DNA of 64,000 nucleotides. Source: Eledone cirrhosa. Taxonomy: Eukaryota. The notes beneath the pieces were generated by a model. It did not search any database, was not told the DNA's origin, and was given only the letters and a program-made list of their open reading frames with translations. Numbering within the stretch: position 1 is the stretch's first letter; every line of letters starts with the position of its first letter. The position numbers and the translations under genes were made by a program. Below are positions 1 through 18,000 of this stretch, in pieces. The DNA lies in NCBI GenBank assembly GCA_964016885.1, contig OZ024742.1, forward strand, positions 372,248,001 to 372,312,000, given 5' to 3'.

Positions 1-3000
1 AAATACAGTAATATATAGACTAAGAATACAGTAATATATATACACTAGAAATACAATAATATATATACACTAGAAATACAGTAATATATATACACTAGAA
101 ATACAGTAATATATATACACTAGAAATACAGTAATATATATACACGAGAAATACAGTAATATATATACACTAGGAATACAGTAATATATATACACAAGAA
201 ATACAGTAATATATACACTAGAAATACTGTAATATATAGACTAGGAATACAGTAATATATACACTAGAAATACAGTAATATATATACAGTAGAAATACAG
301 TAATATATATACACTAGAAATACAGTAATATATATACACTAGAAATACGGTAATATATATACACTAGAAATACAGATATATATATACACTTGGAATACAG
401 TCACATATATACACTAGGAACACAGTAATATATATGCACTAGGAATACAGTAAGAGATATACACTAGAAATACAGTAATGTATATATACTAGGAATACAG
501 TAATATATATACACTAGGAATACAGTAATATATATACACTAGAAATACAGTAATATATATACTAGGAATATAGTAATATATATACACTAGAAATAAAATA
601 ATATATATACACTAGAAATACAGTAATATATATACATTAGAAATACAGATATATATACACTAGAAATACAGTAATATATATACACTAGAAATACAGTAAT
701 ATATATACACTAGGAATACAGTAATATATACACTAGAAATACAGTAATATATATACACTAGAAATACAGTAATATATACACTAGGAATACAGTAATATAT
801 ATACACTAGAAATACAGTAATGTATATACACTAGGAATACAGTAATATATATAAACTAGAAATGCAGTAATATATACACTTGGAATACAGTAATATATAT
901 ACACTAGAAATACAGTAATACATATACACTAGAAATACAGTAATATATATACATGAGAAATACAGTAATATATACACTAAAAATACAGTAATATATATAT
1001 ACTAGAAATACAGCAATATATATACACTAGAAATACAGTAATATATATACACTAGAAATACAGTAATATATATACACTGGAAATACAGTAATATATATAC
1101 ACTAGAAATACAGTAATATATATACACTAGAAATACAGTAATATATATACACTAGGAATACAGTAATATATATACACTAGAAATACAGTAATATATATAC
1201 ACTAGAGATACAGTAATATATACAGTAGGAATACAGTAATATATATATACTAGAAATACAGTAATATATATACAGTAGAAATACAGTAATATATATACAC
1301 TAGAAATACAGTAATATATATACACTAGGAATACAGTAATATATATACACTAGGAATACAGTAATATATATACACAAGAAATACAGTAATATATACACTA
1401 GAAATACAGTAATATATAGACTAGGAATACATTAATATATACACTAGAAATACAGTAATATATATACAGTAGAAATACAGTAATATATATACACTAGAAA
1501 TACAGTAATATATATACACTAGAAATACAGTAATATATATACACTAGAAATACAGTAATATATATACACTAGAAATACAGTAATATATATACACTAGAAA
1601 TACAGTAATATATATACACTAGGAATACAGTAATATATATACACTAGAAATACAGTAATATATATACACTAGGAATACAGTAATATATATACACTAGAAA
1701 TACAGTAATATATATACACTAGAAATACAGTAATATATATACACTAGAAATACAGTAATATATATACACTAGAAATACAGTAATATATATACACTAGAGA
1801 TACAGTAATATATATACACTAGAAATACAGTAATATATATACACTAGGAATACAGTAATATATATACACTAGAGATACAGTAATATATACACTAGAAATA
1901 CAGATATATATACACTAGAAATACAGTAATATATATATACACTAGAAATACAGTAATATATATACACTAGGAATACAGTAATATATATACACTAGGAATA
2001 CAGTAATATATATACACTAGAGATACAGTAATATATACACTAGAAATACAGATATATATACACTAGAAATACAGTAATATATATATACACTAGAAATACA
2101 GTAATATATATACACTAGGAATACAGTAATATATATACACTAGGAATACAGCAATATATATACACTAGAAATACAGTAATGTATATACACTAGAAATACA
2201 GTAATATATATATATACTAGGAATACAGTAATATATATACACTAGGAATACAGTAATATATATACTAGGAATACAGTAATATATATACACTAGGAATACA
2301 GTAAAATATATACACTAGGAATACAGTAATATATATACACTAGAAATACAGTAATATATATACACTAGAAATACAGTAATATATACACTAGAAATACAGT
2401 AATATAATATATACACTAGAAATACAGTAATATATAGACTAAGAATACAGTAATATATATATACTAGGAATACAGTAATATATATACACTAGAAATACAG
2501 TAATATATATACATTAGAAATACAGATATATATACACTAGAAATACAGTAATATATATACACTAGAAATACAGTAATATATATACACTAGGAATACAGTA
2601 ATATATACACTAGAAATAGAGTAATATATATACACTAGAAATACAGTAATATATACACTAGGAATACAGTAATATATATACACTAGAAATACAGTAATGT
2701 ATATACACTAGGAATACAGTAATATATATAAACTAGAAATGCAGTAATATATACACTTGGAATACAGTAATATATATACACTAGAAATACAGTAATACAT
2801 ATACACTAGAAATACAGTAATATATATACATGAGAAATACAGTAATATATACACTAAAAATACAGTAATATATATATACTAGAAATACAGCAATATATAT
2901 ACACTAGAAATACAGTAATATATATACACTAAAAATACAGTAATATATATACACTGGAAATACAGTAATATATATACACTAGAAATACAGTAATATATAT

Positions 3001-6000
3001 ACACTAGAAATACAGTAATATATATACACTAGGAATACAGTAATATATATACACTAGAAATACAGTAATATATATACACTAGAGATACAGTAATATATAC
3101 AGTAGGAATACAGTAATATATATATACTAGAAATACAGTAATATATATACAGTAGAAATACAGTAATATATATACACTAGAAATACAGTAATATATATAC
3201 ACTAGGAATACAGTAATATATATACACCAGGAATACAGTAATATATATACACAAGAAATACAGTAATATATACACTAGAAATACAGTAATATATAGACTA
3301 GGAATACATTAATATATACACTAGAAATACAGTAATATATATACAGTAGAAATACAGTAATATATATACACTAGAAATACAGTAATATATATACACTAGA
3401 AATACAGTAATATATATACACTAGAAATACAGTAATATATATACACTAGAAATACAGTAATATATATACACTAGAAATACAGTAATATATATACACTAGG
3501 AATACAGTAATATATATACACTAGAAATACAGTAATATATATACACTAGGAATACAGTAATATATATACACTAGAAATACAGTAATATATATACACTAGA
3601 AATACAGTAATATATATACACTAGAAATACAGTAATATATATACACTAGAAATACAGTAATATATATACACTAGAGATACAGTAATATATATACACTAGA
3701 GATACAGTAATATATACACTAGAAATACAGATATATATACACTAGAAATACAGTAATATATATATACACTAGAAATACAGATATATACACTAGGAATACA
3801 GTAATATATATACACTAGAAATACAGTAATATATATACACTAGAAATACAGTAATATATATACACTAGAAATACAGATATATATATACACTAGGAATACA
3901 GTAATATATATACACTAGGAATACAGTAATATATATACACTAGGAATACAGCAATATATATACACTAGAAATACAGTAATGTATATACACTAGAAATACA
4001 GTAATATATATATACTAGGAATACAGTAATATATATACACTAGGAATACAGTAATATATATACTAGGAATACAGTAATATATATACACTAGGAATACAGT
4101 AAAATATATACACTAGGAATACAGTAATATATATACACTAGAAATACAGTAATATATATACACTAGAAATACAGTAATATATACACTAGAAATACAGTAA
4201 TATAATATATACACTAGAAATACAGTAATATATAGACTAAGAATACAGTAATATATATACACTAGAAATACAGTAATATATACACTAGGAATACAGTAAT
4301 ATATACACTAGAAATACAGTAATATATATACATTAGAAATACAGTAATATATGTACACTAGGAATACAGTAATATATATACACTAGGAATACGGTAATAT
4401 ATATACACTAGGAATACAGTAATATATATACACTAGAAATACAGTAATATATATACACGAGAAATACAGTAATATATATACACTAGAAATACAGTAATAT
4501 ATATACACTAGGAATACAGTAATATATATACACTAGGAATACAGTAATATATATACACTAGAAATACAGTAATATATATACACGAGAAATACAGTAATAT
4601 ATATACACTAGAAATACAGTAATATATATACACTAGAAATACAGTAATATATATACACTAGAAATACAGTAATATATATACACTAGAAATACAGATATAT
4701 ATATACACTAGGAATACAGTAATATATATACACTAGGAATACAGTAATATATATACACTAGGAATACAGCAATATATATACACTAGAAATACAGTAATGT
4801 ATATACACTAGAAATACAGTAATATATATATACTAGGAATACAGTAATATATATACACTAGGAATACAGTAATATATATACTAGGAATACAGTAATATAT
4901 ATACACTAGGAATACAGTAAAATATATACACTAGGAATACAGTAATATATATACACTAGAAATACAGTAATATATATACACTAGAAATACAGTAATATAT
5001 ACACTAGAAATACAGTAATATAATATATACACTAGAAATACAGTAACATATAGACTAAGAATACAGTAATATATATATACTAGGAATACAGTAATATATA
5101 TACACTAGAAATACAGTAATATATATACATTAGAAATACAGATATATATACACTAGAAATACAGTAATATATATACACTAGAAATACAGTAATATATATA
5201 CACTAGGAATACAGTAATATATACACTAGAAATACAGTAATATATATACACTAGAAATACAGTAATATATACACTAGGAATACAGTAATATATATACACT
5301 AGAAATACAGTAATGTATATACACTAGGAATACAGTAATATATATAAACTAGAAATGCAGTAATATATACACTTGGAATACAGTAATATATATACACTAG
5401 AAATACAGTAATACATATACACTAGAAATACAGTAATATATATACATGAGAAATACAGTAATATATACACTAAAAATACAGTAATATATATATACTAGAA
5501 ATACAGCAATATATATACACTAGAAATACAGTAATATATATACACTAGAAATACAGTAATATATATACACTGGAAATACAGTAATATATATACACTAGAA
5601 ATACAGTAATATATATACACTAGAAATACAGTAATATATATACACTAGGAATACAGTAATATATATACACTAGAAATACAGTAATATATATACACTAGAG
5701 ATACAGTAATATATACAGTAGGAATACAGTAATATATATATACTAGAAATACAGTAATATATATACAGTAGAAATACAGTAATATATATACACTAGAAAT
5801 ACAGTAATATATATACACTAGGAATACAGTAATATATATACACCAGGAATACAGTAATATATATACACAAGAAATACAGTAATATATACACTAGAAATAC
5901 AGTAATATATAGACTAGGAATACATTAATATATACACTAGAAATACAGTAATATATATACAGTAGAAATACAGTAATATATATACACTAGAAATACAGTA

Positions 6001-9000
6001 ATATATATACACTAGAAATACAGTAATATATATACACTAGAAATACAGTAATATATATACACTAGAAATACAGTAATATATATACACTAGAAATACAGTA
6101 ATATATATACACTAGGAATACAGTAATATATATACACTAGAAATACAGTAATATATATACACTAGGAATACAGTAATATATATACACTAGAAATACAGTA
6201 ATATATATACACTAGAAATACAGTAATATATATACACTAGAAATACAGTAATATATATACACTAGAAATACAGTAATATATATACACTAGAGATACAGTA
6301 ATATATATACACTAGAGATACAGTAATATATACACTAGAAATACAGATATATATACACTAGAAATACAGTAATATATATATACACTAGAAATACAGATAT
6401 ATACACTAGGAATACAGTAATATATATACACTAGAAATACAGTAATATATATACACTAGAAATACAGTAATATATATACACTAGAAATACAGATATATAT
6501 ATACACTAGGAATACAGTAATATATATACACTAGGAATACAGTAATATATATACACTAGGAATACAGCAATATATATACACTAGAAATACAGTAATGTAT
6601 ATACACTAGAAATACAGTAATATATATATACTAGGAATACAGTAATATATATACACTAGGAATACAGTAATATATATACTAGGAATACAGTAATATATAT
6701 ACACTAGGAATACAGTAAAATATATACACTAGGAATACAGTAATATATATACACTAGAAATACAGTAATATATATACACTAGAAATACAGTAATATATAC
6801 ACTAGAAATACAGTAATATAATATATACACTAGAAATACAGTAATATATAGACTAAGAATACAGTAATATATATACACTAGAAATACAGTAATATATACA
6901 CTAGGAATACAGTAATATATACACTAGAAATACAGTAATATATATACACTAGAAATACAGTAATATATGTACACTAGGAATACAGTAATATATATACACT
7001 AGGAATACGGTAATATATATACACTAGGAATACAGTAATATATATACACTAGAAATACAGTAATATATATACACGAGAAATACAGTAATATATATACACT
7101 AGAAATACAGTAATATATATACACTAGGAATACAGTAATATATATACACTAGGAATACACTAATATATATACACTAGAAATACAGTAATATATATACACG
7201 AGAAATACAGTAATATATATACACTAGAAATACAGTAATATATATACACTAGAAATACAGTAATATATATACACATAAATACAGTAATATACATACAGTA
7301 GAAATACAGTAATATATATACACTAGAAATACAGTAATATATATACACTAGAAATACAGTAATATATATACACTAGAAATACAGTAATATATATACACTA
7401 GAAATACAGTAATATATATACACTAGAGATACAGTAATATATACACTAGGAATACAGTAATATATATACACTAGAAATACAGTAATATATAGACTAAGAA
7501 TACAGTAATATATATACACTAGAAATACAATAATATATATACACTAGAAATACAGTAATATATATACACTAGAAATACAGTAATATATATACACTAGAAA
7601 TACAGTAATATATATACACGAGAAATACAGTAATATATATACACTAGGAATACAGTAATATATATACACAAGAAATACAGTAATATATACACTAGAAATA
7701 CTGTAATATATAGACTAGGAATACAGTAATATATACACTAGAAATACAGTAATATATATACAGTAGAAATACAGTAATATATATACACTAGAAATACAGT
7801 AATATATATACACTAGAAATACGGTAATATATATACACTAGAAATACAGATATATATATACACTTGGAATACAGTCACATATATACACTAGGAACACAGT
7901 AATATATATACACTAGGAATACAGTAAGAGATATACACTAGAAATACAGTAATGTATATATACTAGGAATACAGTAATATATATACACTAGGAATACAGT
8001 AATATATATACACTAGAAATACAGTAATATATATACTAGGAATACAGTAATATATATACACTAGAAATAAAATAATATATATACACTAGAAATACAGTAA
8101 TATATATACACTAAAAATACAGTATTATATAGACTAAGAATACAGTAATATATATATACTAGGAATACAGTAATATATATACACTAGAAATACAGTAATA
8201 TATATACATTAGAAATACAGATATATATACACTAGAAATACAGTAATATATATACACTAGAAATACAGTAATATATATACACTAGGAATACAGTAATATA
8301 TACACTAGAAATACAGTAATATATATACACTAGAAATACAGTAATATATACACTAGGAATACAGTAATATATATACACTAGAAATACAGTAATGTATATA
8401 CACTAGGAATACAGTAATATATATAAACTAGAAATGCAGTAATATATACACTTGGAATACAGTAATATATATACACTAGAAATACAGTAATACATATACA
8501 CTAGAAATACAGTAATATATATACATGAGAAATACAGTAATATATACACTAAAAATACAGTAATATATATATACTAGAAATACAGCAATATATATACACT
8601 AGAAATACAGTAATATATATACACTAGAAATACAGTAATATATATACACTGGAAATACAGTAATATATATACACTAGAAATACAGTAATATATATACACT
8701 AGAAATACAGTAATATATATACACTAGGAATACAGTAATATTTATACACTAGAAATACAGTAATATATATACACTAGAGATACAGTAATATATACAGTAG
8801 GAATACAGTAATATATATATACTAGAAATACAGTAATATATATACAGTAGAAATACAGTAATATATATACACTAGAAATACAGTAATATATATACACTAG
8901 GAATACAGTAATATATATACACTAGGAATACAGTAATATATATACACAAGAAATACAGTAATATATACACTAGAAATACAGTAATATATAGACTAGGAAT

Positions 9001-12000
9001 ACATTAATATATACACTAGAAATACAGTAATATATATACAGTAGAAATACAGTAATATATATACACTAGAAATACAGTAATATATATACACTAGAAATAC
9101 AGTAATATATATACACTAGAAATACAGTAATATATATACACTAGAAATACAGTAATATATATACACTAGAAATACAGTAATATATATACACTAGGAATAC
9201 AGTAATATATATACACTAGAAATACAGTAATATATATACACTAGGAATACAGTAATATATATACACTAGAAATACAGTAATATATATACACTAGAAATAC
9301 AGTAATATATATACACTAGAAATACAGTAATATATATACACTAGAAATACAGTAATATATATACACTAGAGATACAGTAATATATATACACTAGAGATAC
9401 AGTAATATATACACTAGAAATACAGATATATATACACTAGAAATACAGTAATATATATATACACTAGAAATACAGATATATACACTAGGAATACAGTAAT
9501 ATATATACACTAGAAATACAGTAATATATATACACTAGAAATACAGTAATATATATACACTAGAAATACAGATATATATATACACTAGGAATACAGTAAT
9601 ATATATACACTAGGAATACAGTAATATATATACACTAGGAATACAGCAATATATATACACTAGAAATACAGTAATGTATATACACTAGAAATACAGTAAT
9701 ATATATATATACTAGGAATACAGTAATATATATACACTAGGAATACAGTAATATATATACTAGGAATACAGTAATATATATACACTAGGAATACAGTAAA
9801 ATATATACACTAGGAATACAGTAATATATATACACTAGAAATACAGTAATATATATACACTAGAAATACAGTAATATATATACACATAAATACAGTAATA
9901 TACATACAGTAGAAATACAGTAATATATATACACTAGAAATACAGTAATATATATACACTAGAAATACAGTAATATATATACACTAGAAATACAGTAATA
10001 TATATACACTAGAAATACAGTAATATATATACACTAGAGATACAGTAATATATACACTAGGAATACAGTAATATATATACACTAGAAATACAGTAATATA
10101 TAGACTAAGAATACAGTAATATATATACACTAGAAATACAATAATATATATACACTAGAAATACAGTAATATATATACACTAGAAATACAGTAATATATA
10201 TACACTAGAAATACAGTAATATATATACACGAGAAATACAGTAATATATATACACTAGGAATACAGTAATATATATACACAAGAAATACAGTAATATATA
10301 CACTAGAAATACTGTAATATATAGACTAGGAATACAGTAATATATACACTAGAAATACAGTAATATATATACAGTAGAAATACAGTAATATATATACACT
10401 AGAAATACAGTAATATATATACACTAGAAATACGGTAATATATATACACTAGAAATACAGATATATATATACACTTGGAATACAGTCACATATATACACT
10501 AGGAACACAGTAATATATATACACTAGGAATACAGTAAGAGATATACACTAGAAATACAGTAATGTATATATACTAGGAATACAGTAATATATATACACT
10601 AGGAATACAGTAATATATATACACTAGAAATACAGTAATATATATACTAGGAATACAGTAATATATATACACTAGAAATAAAATAATATATATACACTAG
10701 AAATACAGTAATATATATACACTAAAAATACAGTATTATATAGACTAAGAATACAGTAATATATATATACTAGGAATACAGTAATATATATACACTAGAA
10801 ATACAGTAATATATATACATTAGAAATACAGATATATATACACTAGAAATACAGTAATATATATACACTAGAAATACAGTAATATATATACACTAGGAAT
10901 ACAGTAATATATACACTAGAAATACAGTAATATATATACACTAGAAATACAGTAATATATACACTAGGAATACAGTAATATATATACACTAGAAATACAG
11001 TAATGTATATACACTAGGAATACAGTAATATATATAAACTAGAAATGCAGTAATATATACACTTGGAATACAGTAATATATATACACTAGAAATACAGTA
11101 ATACATATACACTAGAAATACAGTAATATATATACATGAGAAATACAGTAATATATACACTAAAAATACAGTAATATATATATACTAGAAATACAGCAAT
11201 ATATATACACTAGAAATACAGTAATATATATACACTAGAAATACAGTAATATATATACACTGGAAATACAGTAATATATATACACTAGAAATACAGTAAT
11301 ATATATACACTAGAAATACAGTAATATATATACACTAGGAATACAGTAATATATATACACTAGAAATACAGTAATATATATACACTAGAGATACAGTAAT
11401 ATATACAGTAGGAATACAGTAATATATATATACTAGAAATACAGTAATATATATACAGTAGAAATACAGTAATATATATACACTAGAAATACAGTAATAT
11501 ATATACACTAGGAATACAGTAATATATATACACTAGGAATACAGTAATATATATACACAAGAAATACAGTAATATATACACTAGAAATACAGTAATATAT
11601 AGACTAGGAATACATTAATATATACACTAGAAATACAGTAATATATATACAGTAGAAATACAGTAATATATATACACTAGAAATACAGTAATATATATAC
11701 ACTAGAAATACAGTAATATATATACACTAGAAATACAGTAATATATATACACTAGAAATACAGTAATATATATACACTAGAAATACAGTAATATATATAC
11801 ACTAGGAATACAGTAATATATATACACTAGAAATACAGTAATATATATACACTAGGAATACAGTAATATATATACACTAGAAATACAGTAATATATATAC
11901 ACTAGAAATACAGTAATATATATACACTAGAAATACAGTAATATATATACACTAGAAATACAGTAATATATATACACTAGAGATACAGTAATATATATAC

Positions 12001-15000
12001 ACTAGAGATACAGTAATATATACACTAGAAATACAGATATATATACACTAGAAATACAGTAATATATATATACACTAGAAATACAGTAATATATATACAC
12101 TAGGAATACAGTAATATATATACACTAGGAATACAGCAATATATATACACTAGAAATACAGTAATGTATATACACTAGAAATACAGTAATATATATATAT
12201 ACTAGGAATACAGTAATATATATACACTAGGAATACAGTAATATATATACTAGGAATACAGTAATATATATACACTAGGAATACAGTAAAATATATACAC
12301 TAGGAATACAGTAATATATATACACTAGAAATACAGTAATATATATACACTAGAAATACAGTAATATATACACTAGAAATACAGTAATATAATATATACA
12401 CTAGAAATACAGTAATATATAGACTAAGAATACAGTAATATATATATACTAGGAATACAGTAATATATATACACTAGAAATACAGTAATATATATACATT
12501 AGAAATACAGATATATATACACTAGAAATACAGTAATATATATACACTAGAAATACAGTAATATATATACACTAGGAATACAGTAATATATACACTAGAA
12601 ATAGAGTAATATATATACACTAGAAATACAGTAATATATACACTAGGAATACAGTAATATATATACACTAGAAATACAGTAATGTATATACACTAGGAAT
12701 ACAGTAATATATATAAACTAGAAATGCAGTAATATATACACTTGGAATACAGTAATATATATACACTAGAAATACAGTAATACATATACACTAGAAATAC
12801 AGTAATATATATACATGAGAAATACAGTAATATATACACTAAAAATACAGTAATATATATATACTAGAAATACAGCAATATATATACACTAGAAATACAG
12901 TAATATATATACACTAAAAATACAGTAATATATATACACTGGAAATACAGTAATATATATACACTAGAAATACAGTAATATATATACACTAGAAATACAG
13001 TAATATATATACACTAGGAATACAGTAATATATATACACTAGAAATACAGTAATATATATACACTAGAGATACAGTAATATATACAGTAGGAATACAGTA
13101 ATATATATATACTAGAAATACAGTAATATATATACAGTAGAAATACAGTAATATATATACACTAGAAATACAGTAATATATATACACTAGGAATACAGTA
13201 ATATATATACACCAGGAATACAGTAATATATATACACAAGAAATACAGTAATATATACACTAGAAATACAGTAATATATAGACTAGGAATACATTAATAT
13301 ATACACTAGAAATACAGTAATATATATACAGTAGAAATACAGTAATATATATACACTAGAAATACAGTAATATATATACACTAGAAATACAGTAATATAT
13401 ATACACTAGAAATACAGTAATATATATACACTAGAAATACAGTAATATATATACACTAGAAATACAGTAATATATATACACTAGGAATACAGTAATATAT
13501 ATACACTAGAAATACAGTAATATATATACACTAGGAATACAGTAATATATATACACTAGAAATACAGTAATATATATACACTAGAAATACAGTAATATAT
13601 ATACACTAGAAATACAGTAATATATATACACTAGAAATACAGTAATATATATACACTAGAGATACAGTAATATATATACACTAGAGATACAGTAATATAT
13701 ACACTAGAAATACAGATATATATACACTAGAAATACAGTAATATATATATACACTAGAAATACAGATATATACACTAGGAATACAGTAATATATATACAC
13801 TAGAAATACAGTAATATATATACACTAGAAATACAGTAATATATATACACTAGAAATACAGATATATATATACACTAGGAATACAGTAATATATATACAC
13901 TAGGAATACAGTAATATATATACACTAGGAATACAGCAATATATATACACTAGAAATACAGTAATGTATATACACTAGAAATACAGTAATATATATATAC
14001 TAGGAATACAGTAATATATATACACTAGGAATACAGTAATATATATACTAGGAATACAGTAATATATATACACTAGGAATACAGTAAAATATATACACTA
14101 GGAATACAGTAATATATATACACTAGAAATACAGTAATATATATACACTAGAAATACAGTAATATATACACTAGAAATACAGTAATATAATATATACACT
14201 AGAAATACAGTAATATATAGACTAAGAATACAGTAATATATATACACTAGAAATACAGTAATATATACACTAGGAATACAGTAATATATACACTAGAAAT
14301 ACAGTAATATATATACATTAGAAATACAGTAATATATGTACACTAGGAATACAGTAATATATATACACTAGGAATACGGTAATATATATACACTAGGAAT
14401 ACAGTAATATATATACACTAGAAATACAGTAATATATATACACGAGAAATACAGTAATATATATACACTAGAAATACAGTAATATATATACACTAGGAAT
14501 ACAGTAATATATATACACTAGGAATACAGTAATATATATACACTAGAAATACAGTAATATATATACACGAGAAATACAGTAATATATATACACTAGAAAT
14601 ACAGTAATATATATACACTAGAAATACAGTAATATATATACACATAAATACAGTAATATACATACAGTAGAAATACAGTAATATATATACACTAGAAATA
14701 CAGTAATATATATACACTAGGAGTACAGTAATATATATACACTAGAAATACAGTAATATATATACACTAGGAATACAGTAATATATATACACTAGGAATA
14801 CAGTAATATATATACACTAGGAATACAGTAATATATATACACTAGGAATACAGTAATATATATACACTAGAAATACAGTAATATATATACATGAGAAATA
14901 CAGTAATATATATACACTAGAAATACAGTAATATATATACACTAGAAATACAGTAATATATATACACATAAATACAGTAATATATATACAGTAGAAATAC

Positions 15001-18000
15001 AGTAATATATATACACTAGAAATACAGTAATATATATACACTAGGAATACAGTAATATATATACACTAGAAATACAGTAATATATATACACTAGGAATAC
15101 AGTAATATATATACACTAGGAATACAGTAATATATATACACTAGGAATACAGTAATATATATACACTAGGAATACAGTAATATATATACACTAGAAATAC
15201 AGTAATATATATACACTAGGAATACAGTAATATATATACACTAGAAATACAGTAATATATATACACTAGGAATACAGTAATAAATATATACACTAGAAAT
15301 ACAGTAATATATATACACTAGAAATACAGTAACATATACACTAGAAACACAGTAATATATATACACTAGAAATACAGTAATATATATACACTAGAAATAC
15401 AGTAATATATATACACTAGAAATACAGTAATATATATACAATAGGAATACAGTGATATATATACACTAGAAATACAGTAATATATATACACATAAATACA
15501 GTAATATATATATACTAGGAATACAGTAATATATATACACTAGAAATACAGTAATATATATACACTAGGAATACAGTAATATATATACACTAGGAATACA
15601 GTAATATATATACACTAGAAATACAGTAATATATATACACTAGATATACAGTAATATATATACACTAGAAATACAGTAATATATATACACTAGAGATACA
15701 GTAATATATATACACTAGAGATACAGTAATATATACACTAGAAATACAGATATATATACACTAGAAATACAGTAATATATATATACACTAGAAATACAGA
15801 TATATACACTAGGAATACAGTAATATATATACACTAGAAATACAGTAATATATATACACTAGAAATATAGTAATATATATACACTAGAAATACAGTAATA
15901 TATATACACTAGAAATACAGTAATGTATATATACTAGGAATACAGTAATATATATACACTTGGAATACAGTAATATATATACACTAGGAACACAGTAATA
16001 TATATACTAGGAATACAGTAATATATATACACTAGGAATACAGTAATATATATACACTAGGAATACAGTAATATATATACACTAGAAATACAGTAATATA
16101 TATACACTAGGAATACAGTAATATATATACACTAGGAATACAGTAATATATATACACTAGGAATACAGTAATATATATACACTAGAAATACAGTAATATA
16201 TATACACGAGAAATACAGTAATATATATACACTAGAAATACAGTAATATATATACACTAGAAATACAGTAATATATATACACATAAATACAGTAATATAT
16301 ATACATTAGAAATACAGTAATATATATACACTAGAAATACAGTAATATATATACACTAGGAATACAGTAATATATACACACTAGAAATACAGTAATATAT
16401 ATACACTAGGAATACAGTAATATATATACACTAGGAATACAGTAATATATATACACTAGGAATACAGTAATATATATACACTAGGAATACAGTAATATAT
16501 ATACACTAGAAATACAGTAATATATATACACGAGAAATACAGTAATATATATACACTAGGAATACAGTAATATATATACACTAGAAATACAGTAATATAT
16601 ATACACTAGAGATACAGTAATATATACACTAGAAATACAGATATATATACACTAGAAATACAGTAATATATATATACGCTAGAAATACAGATATATACAC
16701 TAGGAATACAGTAATATATATACACTAGAAATACAGTAATATATATACACTAGAAATACAGTAATATATATACACTAGAAATACAGTAATATATATACAC
16801 TAGAAATACAGTAATGTATATATACTAGGAATACAGTAATATATATACACTTGGAATACAGTAATATATATACACTAGGAACACAGTAATATATATACTA
16901 GGAATACAGTAATATATATACACTAGGAATACAGTAATATATATACACTAGGAATACAGTAATATATATACACTAGAAATACAGTAATATATATACACTA
17001 GAAATACAGTAATATATATACACTAGAAATACAGTAATATATATATACTTGGAATACAGTAATATATATACACTAGGAATACAGTAATATATATACACTA
17101 GGAACACAGTAATATATATACTAGGAATACAGTAATATATATGCACTAGGAATACAGTAATATATATACACTAGAAATACAGTAATATATACACTAGAAA
17201 TACAGTAATATAATATATACACTAGAAATACAGTAATATATAGACTAAGAATACAGTAATATATACACTAGGAATTCAGTAATATATATACACTAGAAAT
17301 ACAGTAATATATACACTAGTAATACAGTAATATATATGCACTAGAAATACAGTAATATATATACACATAAATACAGTAATATATATACAGTAGAAATACA
17401 GTAATATATATACACTAGAAATACAGTAATATATATACACTAGGAATACAGTAATATATATACACTAGGAATACAGTAATATATATACACTAGGAATACA
17501 GTAATATATATACACTAGGAATACAGTAATATATATACACTAGGAATACAGTAATATATATACACTAGAAATACAGTAATATATATAGATGAGAAATACA
17601 GTAATATATATACACTAGAAATACAGTAATATATATACACTAGAAATATGGTAATATATATACACTAGAAATACAGTAATATATATACACTAGGAATACA
17701 GTAATATATATACACTAGAAATACAGTAATATATATACACTAGGAATACAGTAATATATATACACTAGAAATACAGTAATATATATACACTAGGAATACA
17801 GTAATATATATACACTAGAAATACAGTAATATATATACACTAGGAATACAGTAATATATATACACTAGAAATACAGTAATATATATACACTGGAAATACA
17901 GTAATATATATACACTAGAAATACAGTAATATATATACACTAGAAATACAGTAATATATATATACTTGGAATACAGTAATATATATACACTAGGAATACA